This document shows positions 51,166 to 63,259 of a DNA stretch of 64,000 bases, piece by piece. This DNA is from Octopus sinensis (taxonomy: Eukaryota), in assembly GCF_006345805.1 (NCBI RefSeq), contig NC_042998.1, positions 204,228,001 to 204,292,000 of the forward strand, in the 5' to 3' direction. The position numbers and the translations under genes are program-made. A model generated the notes under the pieces. That model did no database searches. It was not told the DNA's origin and was given only the letters and a program-made list of their open reading frames with translations. How positions within the stretch are numbered: position 1 is the first letter of the stretch; every line of letters starts with the position of its first letter.

Positions 51166-51361
51166 CCATTTAACATTTAAACTGGCCAAATCAAACCCTG
51201 ATATTTCACCTGTTTTATGGTCAAACTGAGCAGATCAGACCTCTCACACCTATGCTACAATGTCATTCAAAATCTCAAATCTATAAGATAATGAATGATT
51301 ATTCAAAACAATATAAATAAATGGGGCTTGCATTTGCCAGAGAAATCTGAATGCTAAACAC
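51166..51361. mobile_element. piggyBac-like MITE family 1
   Basis: TTAA flanks, family match. Confidence 0.65.
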
Positions 51362-51662
51362 TTAAAAGCTCTTCAGATACCAACCCACATGAGACCACCA
51401 CACCTGGTTGTATGATACAAACTTCTTGCTTAAAAGTAAGTCTTCCATTTGAATTCTCTACTAATTTATTCTCCAAACCCAAGTCTCTTCAGAGTAATGG
51501 CTCTGCTCGATATGTAAGAAGGGTTTAGCAGAAACCCCATACATTGGATCCAGTGCAAGCTTTGGACATGTAAGAGGTGCAGTGGTATCACAGGAAGGTT
51601 AACGGGAAATATAGTCTTTGTGTGTGGCAGATGTGAAGGTACAATAAGCACTAAAAATGCAC

Positions 51663-52075
51663 AGGCGTAGGAGTGGCTGTGTGGTAAGTAGCTTGCTTAC
51701 CAACCACATGGGTCCGGGTTCAGTCCCACTGCATGGCACCTTGGGCAAGTGTCTTCTACTATAGCCTCGGGCCGACCAAAGCCTTGTGAGTGGATTTGAA
51801 AGACGGAAACTGAAAGAAGCCCATCGTATATATGTATATATATATATATATGTATGTGTGTGTATATGTTTGTGTGTCTGTGTTTGTCGCCCCACCATCA
51901 CTTGACAACCGATGCTGGTGTGTTTACGTCCCCGTAACTTAGTGGTTTGGCAAAAGAGACTGATAGAATAAGTACTGGGCTTACAAAGAATAAGTCCTGG
52001 AGTTGATTTGCTCGACTAAAGGCGGTGCCCCAGCATGGCCACAGTCACATGACTGAAACAAGTCAAAGAGTAAAG
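51663..52075 (+). mobile_element. SINE family B, full length
   Basis: Family match. Confidence 0.85.
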
Positions 52076-52985
52076 TGACAGTCCACTCCCTCAAAAGCCC
52101 GAGGGGTGAGGGTGGGGCATTAGAAGTAGCAGATAGCTTCTGTTACCTTGGTGACCAAGTTGGCAGCAGTAGAGGAGGAAGTTCTGAACACATCGTTGTT
52201 CGAATAAGAACAGGCTGGGCAAAGTTCAGAGAGCTTCTGTCTCTGTTGGTAACTAAGGGCTTCTCTCCTCCAGGGTGAAAGGCAGATTGTATGATGCCTG
52301 TCTGCGTACAGCTATGTTGCATGGCAGTAAAACATGGGCTTTGGCTACAGAGGACTTGGGAAGGCTTTAAAGAAATGAGGCCAGCATGTTCCACTTGGAT
52401 GGGTAATGTCAGTGTGAATGCACGACAGAGTGTAAATGAGTTGAGAGAAAAACTGGGTATAAAAGGCACCGGATGTTGTGCAAGAGGGAAAACGGCACTG
52501 GTTTGGTCATGTGATGCATATGGATGAGGACAGCTGCTTAAAGAAGTGCCAATCTCTAATTGTGGAGGGAACCTGAGGAAGAGGCAGACCCAGGAAGATG
52601 TGGAATGAAGTGGTGAGAAAGGAACTTTAGATGCTGGGCCTTGCTGAGAAAATGACAAAGGACCGGGAGTTGTGATTATTTGCTGTTCTTGAGAAGAAGC
52701 ATCAAGCCAAGTAAAATCACTGGCATCCATCCATCCATACAGGTGCCAGTGTCACCTAAAATGTGCTCGTGCCAGTGGTGTACGAATGTGCTCATGCCAG
52801 TGGCACATAGAAAGTACCCAGTAAACTATAAAATGGTTGGCGTTACGAAGGGCATCCATAGAAACCTTGTCAAAACAGACAGGTGGAGACTCGACAGCTC
52901 CCCAGCTGGCCTGCTCCTGTCAAACCGTCCAGTCCATGTTAGGATGGAAAACGGACATTAAACGATGCTGATGCTGATGGCTCAA
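52076..52985 (+). pseudogene. 5'-truncated RTE-clade LINE: RT C-terminal remnant and 3' UTR
   Basis: LEVADSFCYLGD, VRIRTGWAKFRELL, LYDAC..TAMLHGSKTW, ELREKLGI, WFGHV with stops and frameshifts; ends in the (GAT)n family tail. Confidence 0.85.
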
Positions 52986-53139
52986 TAATGACTCAGCTAT
53001 CACCAGATTATTCATTGTTTTCAAAATAATCGAAGCCAAAGCAATATATTCCCACAGGAGCACAGGGTTTGCCTTTTGAATTCTTTGATTTTTTGTCCTT
53101 TCGTGTAACATCAAGATAAAAATCAAATGGAAATTGTAG

Positions 53140-53800
53140 TTAAGACACCCGTGCCGGTGACACGTAAAATGCACTGTCTGAACGTGGCAGATGCCAGCGC
53201 CACCTAACTGGCGTCTGTGTCGGTGACACGTAAAAGCACCAACCGATCGTGGCCGTTTGCCAGTCTCCTTTGGCCCCTGTGCTAGTGGCACGTAAAAAGC
53301 ACCCACTACACTCATGGAGTGGTTGGCGTTAGGAAGGGCATCCAGCTGTAGAAACTCTGCCAGATCAAGACTGGAGCCTGGTGCAGCCTCCATGGCTTCC
53401 CAGACCCCAGTCGGACCATCCAACCCATGCTAGCATGGAAAACGGACGTTAAATGATGATGATGATGATAGGCACGGGTGTGGCTGTGTGCTAAGAAGTT
53501 TGCTTCCCAACCACATGGTTCCTGATTCTGTCCCACCGTGTGGCACCCTGGGCAAGTGTCTTCTCAGGCCAACCAAAGCCTTGTGAGTGGATTTGGTTGA
53601 CAGAAACTGAAAGAAACCCATCGTGTGTGTGTGTCTTTTTGAGTGTTTAGCAGTTCAGCAAAAGAGATTGATAGAATGAGGACCAGGATTTAAAAAAAAA
53701 AAGAAAACTAAGCCCTTGGGTTAATTCATTTGAGTGAAAATTCTTGAAGGTGGTGCCCCAGCATGGCCACCCTCTGATGACTGATATAAATATAAAAAAA
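53140..53800 (+). mobile_element. RTE-related element (53140-53470) followed by SINE B (53470-53800)
   Basis: Family matches. Confidence 0.75.
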
Positions 53801-53822
53801 AACAGCAAGAAAGAAGTAAGAC

Positions 53823-53859
<37 letters not shown>

Positions 53860-54574
53860 AAGGTTTGATTCTTTGGAATCGGATTTCTTGTGCTGTTCTT
53901 GTTTCTGCTGCTCTGGCATCGTTTCCTTTGTGCTGCAGACTTGATTGAGAAGACTTTAATCTCCACGGAAGATTAAAGATAATGAAGAAGCCATCAAGAT
54001 TCCACTTAGCTGAAGTGTTCAGAAGAAATCTAGGCTTTCTTTCAGTACTCATCTCTTCCTCTTCACTTTCTTTGCTTTGTTTTTGTTTTTTATTTGCTTG
54101 CTTTTTTTTCCATATTTATGCAATCTGTATCAAAGGTGTTTTAGTTTGTATTTGAAATCACTGCATTCAATTAGCGAGAAATAAACACATCTCTTTGGCC
54201 AATGATTAGATTAAAATATGAAAGGAAATAAGTTAATGCAAGAATATTCAAATCTTAAGAATTTTCTGTTGTATTCTTTGTCTCTTGCAACACAACACTG
54301 GAATGTAACAAAAACACACTTCCTGATGCTGTCCAAAGAATCTGTTCTGTAAACTTCAGTTGAAGCCAAGAAGTTGGTTGGGAAGAGCAAAAATAAAAGA
54401 ATGACTATTGATTCATAACATTATTTTCATCATACGATGAATCCAGCTGAAGGATTTCCAGAAATACCAATAAAAAATGTGTGTGTGTGTGTGTGTCTCT
54501 GAGTGCCTGTGCATGTGTGTGCCTGTAGGCAACTATGCTTGTGTGTCTATGTTGTTGCTTATATATATTTACTC

Positions 54575-54965
54575 TCTTTTACTCTTTTACTTGTTTCAGT
54601 CATTTGACTGCGGCCATGCTGGAGCACCGCCTTTAGTCGAGCAAATCGACCCCAGGACTTATTCTTTGTAAGCCCAGTACTTATTCTATCGGTCTCTTTT
54701 GCCGAACCGCTAAGTGACAGGGACGTAAACACACCAGCATCGGTTGTCATGCAATGCTAGGGGTACAAACACAGAAACACACACACATACATATATACAT
54801 ATATACGACAGGCTTCTTTCAGTTTCCGTCTACCAAATCCACTCACAAGGCATTGGTTGGCCCGGGGCTATAGCAGAAGACGCTTGCCCAAGATGCCATG
54901 CAGTGGGACTGAATCCGGAACCATGTGGTTGGTTAGCAAGCTACCTACCACACAGCCACTCCTGC
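54575..54965 (-). mobile_element. SINE family B, full length
   Basis: Family match. Confidence 0.85.
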
Positions 54966-55150
54966 GATATATATATATTTATATATTCTGACCACCCAGA
55001 CAGAAGAGAAGCTGTTTTTACTTCGAATTTTTATAAATTTTTACTGATATTTGATGAGAAACATTGAAATGTCTTAGACTTCTGTGCTATTCCCACCTCC
55101 ATCTTTTTATATATAAAAAATTTGATTTGTATAGATCTCCAATCTTTTTC

Positions 55151-55213
<63 letters not shown>

Positions 55214-55348
55214 AGAATAATCAGCCTAAATTGCGAGATAATCTGGTGCTTGACTGAGGAAAGAAAACTTCAAATGACCTGTCCTTCTTTTCTTTCTATC
55301 GTCTATCTGGATGTTTTGTTGTCCCTTTTGCGTTCTTGTCTCATTTTG

Positions 55349-55438
<90 letters not shown>

Positions 55439-55638
55439 TGTATATACACACATATATATATACACACACACATATCATCATCATCATCATCATCGTTTAA
55501 CGTCCGTTTTCCGTGCTAGCACAGGTTGGACGGTTCAATCGGGGTCTGGGAATAACAAGGAATAAAATTACAAAACATGAATGGAAATGTACCTCAAGTT
55601 CTTAAAAATGGTTATTTGTCATACAATTTAATGTTAAA

Positions 55639-56006
55639 CTAGCACTATGACCTGGCAACGCCGGGTCATAGTGCTAGGGCATGATTATACAGCTGCATGC
55701 ATGCGCACATACACGCGAGTACTGTCCAAATCTCCGACCAATCGCATACAGCTAGCTGGCATTCAATTGGCGTATCAAGTTTCATTCATTTTGATTGGTT
55801 TTGGATAGAAAATTCACAAAAAAGTCACTTCTATTGATTTTTTTAATGGCTTTGCGGGGTGACTGGGGAAATGTAAAGATGTGCACGACCACCCTTGGAT
55901 GGTTTTGAATGACCATTGAAAGTGCGAGACCTCTAACTGAAAAATTGTGGATTTGTATAAAGGACACACACACAGACAGACATTTTGCCGTTTATATATA
56001 TAGAGA
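55639..56006 (-). mobile_element. Non-autonomous Helitron, second family
   Basis: 5' TCTCTATATATATAAACGGC, 3' CTAG between A and T; terminal hairpin CTAGCACTATGACC / GGTCATAGTGCTAG. Confidence 0.75.
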
Positions 56007-56219
56007 TTTTAATTGCACTGTACACGATGATATATATATATATATATAACTCCAAGAAAGTTAGGGGTTGTGGGTCCAATCCACTAAGGGATAATATCTA
56101 TCCAATATACTATTGGTAGAATACCCAATTATTAATATACAAGTGTTTTTTATTGCATTGCAATTACATTACCGAGTGTATTAAATGGGTGAAGGTAAAG
56201 AGATATTTTACCATTAATC

Positions 56220-56398
56220 TATATAGCAAATAAGAAAATGGAGAAGCACAATAGTTGGTTCATCAGCTTTAGGACATTAAAATGTTAACTTATTTATTTA
56301 TTAAGATGATAATTATCATTTTAATAAATAAATAAGTCAACATTTTAATATCCTAAAGTTGATGAACCAACTATTGTGCTTCTCCCTTTTCTTATTTG

Positions 56399-56405
<7 letters not shown>
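56220..56405. repeat. 186-bp loopless palindrome (about 5 mismatches)
   Basis: Symmetric about 56312/56313 (ATGATAA|TTATCAT); runs into (TA)n. Confidence 0.95.
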
Positions 56406-56458
<53 letters not shown>

Positions 56459-56612
56459 TCATCATCATCATCATTTAGCGTCCGCCCTCCATGCCAGCAT
56501 GGGTTGGATGGTTCAACTGGGGTCTGTGAAGCCCGAAGGCTGCATCAAGCCCAGTCTGATCTGGCAGTGTTTCTACGGCTGGATGCCCTTCCTAACGCCA
56601 ACCACTCCGTGA

Positions 56613-56664
<52 letters not shown>

Positions 56665-57459
56665 TCATTATCATCATCATTTAAAGTCTGTTTTCCTTGC
56701 TGGCATGGGTTGGACAGTTTCACAGGGTCTGACAAGCTCAGGAACTGCACCAGGCCCCTCTGATTGTCTGATTGGTTTCTACACCTGGTTACATTTTCTA
56801 ACCAACCATTTTACAGTTTGACGAATGCTTTTTTCCAGGGCATCAACTCGAGTGAGGTCACCATTTAGCTCACAAGATCAAGATGCCCTTTGACTTAGTG
56901 GGGCCACAGTAGAGAAAGATGGTTTAACATATATGAAGAGGGGAACTAAAGATTGGAAATCCAATGCAAGAACCAGTTGAATGAAAACTTTCTTATTTTA
57001 ATTAAAAACCTTCAAAGTTTTGTTTCGGGTTCTCTCCCACCCCCCACCCCTACCTCCCCCTAAATCCTACTTAATTCTTGTCTAGTTTTAAACTGAGTCA
57101 AACACAATGATTTGGTAATGTGCTGAGATAAGACTTAAATAGCTTTCTTAATAAGATCTGCCCTGTTTATCTCCAGCAGATTTCTCTCCATTCTACCCCC
57201 CACCACCCCCATCTCTTGGGTTTTATTCTCTAATCTTTGCCTCCAGGAAGTTTCCTTTTTCTATTTAACCATTCCTTCCGTCCTTGGCCCCATTTTCCAC
57301 AAAATATAGTCTTTATCCATATTCTTTCATTCTTTCTTTCCTCACTCTCTCTCTTTTACATCTTGTTCTTTATTTTCAGATTTAGTTTTTTCAAATTAAT
57401 CTCCAGACCTTTTTTCCATTTTTCAGCATCTTATTTCTGCTAGTAGACATCTTAACACA

Positions 57460-57463
57460 CTAT

Positions 57464-57497
<34 letters not shown>

Positions 57498-57735
57498 CCT
57501 CCCTCTCCCTCCTTCTCTCTCACTCTCTCTCTCCCACTCCCTCCCTCCCTCTCTTCTCTCTCTCTCCCTCCCTCCCTCTCCCTCCTTCTCTCTCCCCCTC
57601 TCTATCACTCACTCTCTCTCTTTCTCTCCCTCCCTCCTCCTCTCTCCCCCTCTCTTTCTCTCCTCTCTCTCCCACTCCCTCCCTCCCTACATCTCCCTCT
57701 CTCCCTCCCTCTCTCCCTTCTCTCTCTCTCTCTCG
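57460..57735 (+). repeat. Polypyrimidine (CT/CCCT) tract
   Basis: About 275 nt almost entirely C/T. Confidence 0.9.
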
Positions 57736-58339
57736 TTTGAATTCTTTCTTGCATTTCTTTCTGTATTTATTGCTTTTGAGGTCCTTTTTTCTTTTTGTTC
57801 TTCTGCCAGCAACCTGGAGTTTTATTTTTTACCCTAATCCTTATATTCTCTGCTATTGTTTTTAGTTCTCCTTCTTCCAAGTTGCTGCTTTATTATCTCT
57901 TGTCTCTTACCTTTTTACAAAAACTCTCCCTTGTTCCATGTTCTTATAGCTGTTCATATCTGGTACCAACCACTGCCTTCTCATGATTCTCTGGAATGTT
58001 GCTTTTCAGGATCCAGATTTGAAATTCTGTCTCAAAGCTAAACGTTCTAAATTCTTCCTCTATCTCTAAAGCTGTTGTCTCAATGGAACTGCATTTCAGT
58101 GGATTAGATCTTTCAGTCCTGTGAATTACAGTTAATCAACCTGAAGAATTTGCTTTTCATAACAGTTCTCGACCGCAGCTCACAAAGTCACAAGCAATCC
58201 CCAAGCATCCTTCCAGCAACCTTCCAGCATCCTTCACGTCTCTTTTCTCTATAAATGTTATAACTTTTTCTGTAATTGATTTGTATTTCACTTTTTTCGT
58301 GCCTCCCCCCCTAAAAACAAAATCCAGGTCTTTACATGA

Positions 58340-58712
58340 AACGATGAAATCACCTGAAAAACTTCTGGTGTTATTTAACTCCATTTTGAGAGGAAAAACC
58401 CAGCGTCCACCTACTCCCTCCACAACACTAATCTCAAAAAGTCTTCTTGTGAATGTGACCTGGGCATTATTGTCGACAGCGATTTGCGTTGGACAAAACA
58501 CATCGCTAAAATTGTCAAGAAGGCTGAGGGTGTCTTGGCATCACTCACCAAGTCCTTTGTGAGCCGCTCTCCGGCTATCTATCTGCAGCTTTATATAGCT
58601 ATGGTAAGACCTCACCTAGAATTTGCATCACCGGTGTGGAACCCCTATCTTGCCCAGGATATTAATCGTCTGGTAACCATTCAGCGACGTGCAACCAAGA
58701 TAATACCCTGAG
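58340..58712 (+). pseudogene. CR1-like LINE RT C-terminal fragment
   Basis: LHFERKNPASTYSL...DLGIIVDSDLRWTKHI...LYIAMVRPHLEFASPVWNPY...IQRRATKIIP. Confidence 0.85.
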
Positions 58713-59804
58713 CACCTGAGCACTGTATACAATAAGTTCATTATTATCATAACTCTCTTTTCCTTCATTCCCATTTCTTTATGTCTGACTGGTTGGTGTT
58801 TTGAGGAATTCCTTCCATGCCCTCCCCACTCACTATAGCCAACTTTATGTACATCTATATCTCTCTACCCGGCTCACCCACACCTTATCATCCCCCCCTA
58901 CTCTCTGATCTATTATCCCTAAGCGACTTCTTTTTTTTCTCAGCATCCCCATCCATCTTCAACCTTCTACCCCCATTCATCTCTACCCCCACCTCTAATC
59001 ATGTCACTCTCTCCACCCCACCTTTTCTGCCAATCCTCTGTCCTTATCCTTTCTTATCTTCCCCTCCTTGTTCTTTGAGGGTCTTCTCTGGCACCCTGTC
59101 AACTACCCTCTTCTCTCCCTCCCAACAACTTCCACCCAGCTTCATGTGATGTAGGCTACCCAACTATCTCCTCTATAGCAGGACACCTGTACTCAAACTT
59201 GTAGCAGCATTTACCCAGGGTGTGTTGGCCCAGCTCTGACTGAGTTTACCATGTCCCTCATGAATGCTGACCAATCAGCCGCCATCAAGGCTGTAATGGA
59301 CACTCACTCCTGGTTTCACTGCTGAAACAGGGGCCTGATTGTGCTTCCAAGTCTGCCTATGCTGGTCCCTGTATCATACTTTAAGCACCCAACATCTGGC
59401 ATAAAGCCACCTCCCCTAGTCTCAACCCCCCCCACACACACACACTTAGTTGTCAGGGGTTTTTTCCCCCCTTTTTTCTCCTGTTCTTTCTCTGTCTTGC
59501 AAGTTATTTGGTGACCCCACTAGTGCTGGTGCCCCCCCCCCCCAAGGAAAATCAGAAAAGCACCGGGTGTCACTCTGTAAAGTAGTTGGCATTAGGGAAA
59601 GGAACTCAGCCATAGAAACTTCTGCCAGAGTTGACACAGGGGCTCAATGCAGCCCTGCAACTCACCGATCCTGTCAACCCATCCAACCCATGGCAGCATG
59701 GAAAGCAGACGTTGAATGGTGATGATGACCAAACTTTATTGACTTCATCTTTTCACTATCATCATTGCCAGATACAAACACAAAGAAGTAAATGAAATGC
59801 AGAC

Positions 59805-60235
59805 TTATCATCATCATCATCATAGTTTAACGTCTGCTTTCCATGCTAGCATGGGTTGGACGATTTTGACTGAGGGCTGGCGAACCAGATGGCTGCACCA
59901 GGCTCCAATCTTGATCTAGCAGAGTTTCTACAGCTGGATGCCCTTCCTAATGCCAACCACTCCGTGAGTGTAGTGGGTGCTTTTTACGTGCCACCAGCAC
60001 GGGGGCCAGTCAAGCGGTACTGGCAATGACCTCCCTCGAATCTTTTTACACATGCCACCTGCACAGGTGCCAGTAAGGCAACGTTGGTAACGATCACGCT
60101 CGAATGGTGCCCTTTTACGTGCCACCGGCACGGAAGCCAGTTGGCTGCTCTGGCAACGATCACGCTCGGATGGTGGTCTTGGCACCCTACTAGCACAGAT
60201 GCCAGTCATCGAATTTGATTTCGATTTTGATTTTA
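59805..60235 (-). mobile_element. Long modular RTE-related element
   Basis: CAT tail, core and modules; tail-to-tail with a plus-strand copy at 59540-59730. Confidence 0.85.
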
Positions 60236-60319
60236 GACTTATAAAAGAAAACAAAGACAGTATAGAAATGTGTTGAATCCTTTTAAAAAAAAATATAGAA
60301 ATAGATGGAAATTATAGGT

Positions 60320-60465
60320 ACAGGCATGGCTGTGTGGTAAGAAGCTTGCTTCTCAACCACGTGGTTCTGGGTTCTGTCCCTTTGGCAAGAGTTTTCTATT
60401 ATGGCTTCAGGGCAACCGAAGCTTTGTGAGTAGATTTTTGTAGATGGAAACTGAAAAAAGCCCAT

Positions 60466-60516
<51 letters not shown>

Positions 60517-60715
60517 CTTTGTGTCTGTTTGTCTTCTGCTGCTTGGCAACTGGTGTTGTTGTGTTTTTGTCCCCATAACATAGCTGTTTGGCAAAAGAGA
60601 CTGATAGAATAAGGACCAGGTTTAAAAAAAAACTAAGTACTGGAATCAATTCATTCAACTAAAAATTTTTGAAGGTGGTGCCCCAGCATGGCCACGGTCT
60701 AATGACTGAAACAAT
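60320..60715 (+). mobile_element. SINE family B
   Basis: Family match. Confidence 0.8.
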
Positions 60716-61029
60716 TGTGAGAGATAAAAGGAAAGAGAGACTCAATCTGATTGTTAGAAGTGGTTCAGTAGTGTTCTTTTGTTTGTGTGTGTGTGTGGCT
60801 GGTGTTTGTTGGTGCAGTTTGATTCAAGTGTTATATCAAAAATGAGGTTAGTAATGAGTGCAGTTTGAGGGTTGGTTGTTGGAGGGGGAGAGAGATAGAG
60901 TGAGGCCTCAAGTGGCTGATGACATTGGGACGGCTTTCTTCAGATAATACACCCAGGCTACACAAACAAATATACATACGATGTGTGTATGTGACTGTGT
61001 GTGTGTGTGTAAATATATGCATGTATGTA

Positions 61030-62297
61030 CAAGGGGTGTTCATTAAAGATTTCCCCTGACCCACTTCCCAAGGACTGGGATAAACAAAACCTGGCATAAT
61101 TATTATTCCTTCTCTACATGGCCACAACCAATGGTGACACGCTTCTCCCATCACTTTATGCAGGTGTAAAGACCTCACCTGTAGAAGTCAGTAGGTTGCA
61201 TCTGGCACCAAAACTTTACCTCAGAAATAAGTTCATCATCATCCAAAAAGTGCTTCCTCTTCAAAAAAAGACATCATGGCTAAAAAGAGGTGGAAAGCAG
61301 ATGGTGCAAGGTCGGGAGAGTAAAGGGGAAATGAGGAAGGATTTCTTAGCTGCAGGAGTGTGCATTCATCTGGGCAACATGCGCATTGTGAACTGGGGTG
61401 TTGTCTTGGAGGAGGTGGACTCCTTTGGTCAGCATGCCATGCCTCTCTGCTTTGATGGTTCTCTACAATTTCTGCAACATAGAAGCATAATATTCCCTGT
61501 TAATTGTGGTACCCTTTGCCAGAAAATCCTTCATCACTACTCCTCTATGGTCCCAAAAGACTGTGAGCATCACCTTGCCTGCTGAGGGTTAAACACAAAC
61601 CTTCTTTGGAGGTGGTGAGTTATCATACTTCCATTGCTTCGACTGGACTTTAGTCTTAGGATCATAGTGATGGACCCATGTTTCATCCTGTGTGATAAGT
61701 CTGCTAAAAACGTCCTCCTCATTTTCTTGGCACATTGCCAAAAGAGCTTGGGGGCAATTGACTCATTCCTGCTTCTGAAAAGGTGGGAGCATCCGGGGAA
61801 TCTATTGTGCTGACAACTTCCACATGTGCAAATGGTCGAGAATGATTTTTTTCCATGGACCCTAGGCTTGTCTTCACTTCTTGGGCTAGTTGCTGAATGG
61901 CAGCTTCCACTTTATGGATGGTGTCATCATCAATGGAAGAATGTGGTCGTCCAGGTAGAGGAGCAGTTTCCACTGATGTCCGACCACATTTGAACTGGCG
62001 ATGCCAGTGCTTGACTACATTCTATGATGGTGCATCATCACCATAAACTTCTTTCATCTTATCAAAAGTTTCTTTTGGTGTTTGACCTTCCAAGTATAAG
62101 AACCTGGTCACTGATCTGCATTCACCTGCCTCCATTATAACACCTTAGTCCACTTCAGCAGCCGTAAAAAACAAACGAATACTGGTGGAAAGCTGCAATT
62201 TACAATGTGACATGTAGAGACATGTATGGTTATACCTGTACAAGTTCCGTTTCCTGCAATTACAAGAAGTGGGTCAGGGGGAAATCTTTAATGAACA
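61030..62297 (-). pseudogene. Defective mariner transposon with TIRs
   Basis: TIR CAAGGGGTGTTCATTAAAGATTTCCCCTGACCCACTTC after TA, and its complement at 62266-62297 (outer about 7 nt missing); GRP, DETWVHHYDPKTKVQSKQW, QDNTP and SPDLAPSA motifs with stops and frameshifts. Confidence 0.9.
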
Positions 62298-62477
62298 AAA
62301 CAGACAATATTAGAAGCTGGCAGAATCTTTAATGCTTACTGGGCAAAATGCTTCACAGTATTTCGTGTGTTTACGTTCCGAGTTCAGATTCCATCGAGGT
62401 TGACTTTGCCTTTCATCCTTGTGGGGGTCTATAAAATAAGTACCAGTTGAACACTAGAGAAGGTCTAATCAACTTTA

Positions 62478-62707
62478 TTTACATTATTTAAAATTGATCG
62501 ACATTTGTCCTCATCTTGTTTATTGTTAACACGTTTCACCTGATATACCTTCCAACCTTCATCAGGTGTCTTGGGAGAAATTTCAAACCTGGGTTCTCAT
62601 TCCTAAAGTATTTTTCAATATTATTATTATTATTATTTTGAGGTCACTGCCTGGAATTGAACTCGGAATCTTGGGGTTAGTAGCCCGCACTCTTAACCAC
62701 TACGCCC
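62478..62707 (-). mobile_element. Composite SINE: tRNA-like head, (AAT)n and hammerhead-ribozyme-like body
   Basis: GGCGTAGTGGTTAAG (A box), GAGTTCAATTCC (B box), (AAT)n 62619-62637, GACAC-CTGATGA-AGG...-GAAA-CG at 62530-62570; homologous split copy at 39496-39640 and 41566-41665. Confidence 0.8.
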
Positions 62708-63259
62708 TGAAATTGCTGGCCTTGTGCCAAAATTTGAAACCAATATTAGGGAGTGGGGAGTAGAGAGGACGGGTAATATGGAAGGGATTGGTGAGAAAGG
62801 AAAGGATGATGTGGGGTAGACTGTGTTGAGGGTTTCAAGGTTAAGCCCCACCGCCATCGTATTGTAAAGGCAAGTAGGAATGGAAGATGAGAGGAAAAGG
62901 GAGAGGATCTTGAAAGGATCGCTAAAGGAAGGAAGAGCTGTGGAGGTTGTGGATGAGAAAGAAGAGGATGTTGAGGTGGAGGAGGGGAGAGAGAGGAACA
63001 GCAAGAGCAAGGAAAGAGGTGATGGAGAATAGCATAGGGCCAGGGAGGGGGGGCAGAGTGAATAGGGGTTGGGGTGGGGCAGTGAGAGAAAGAAAAGATG
63101 GGAGAGAAGAATGGATGAATGCCGAGAGAACAATGAGATAAGAAATGGATAAATGTGAGCGGAGGAGGGGGAGCAAAAATAGAAAAAAGCTTCCCAGATT
63201 GGGACATTGAAGAGAGTGAGGACAATGAAAGAGTGTTTTTAATCACAATATGCCCTTAA

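Noticed and set aside
53726-54052. 108-aa minus-strand ORF MSTERKPRF...
   Set aside because: No recognisable domain or splice sites; it runs into (TA)n and SINE B.
58157-58501. 114-aa minus-strand ORF
   Set aside because: About half is antisense to the CR1 fragment; the rest has no recognisable motif.
801-63246. The many 60-150-aa ORFs in the track with recurring peptides (LQLDALPNANHS, HTHTHT, YIYIYI)
   Set aside because: They are translations of SINE/RTE repeats and microsatellites.
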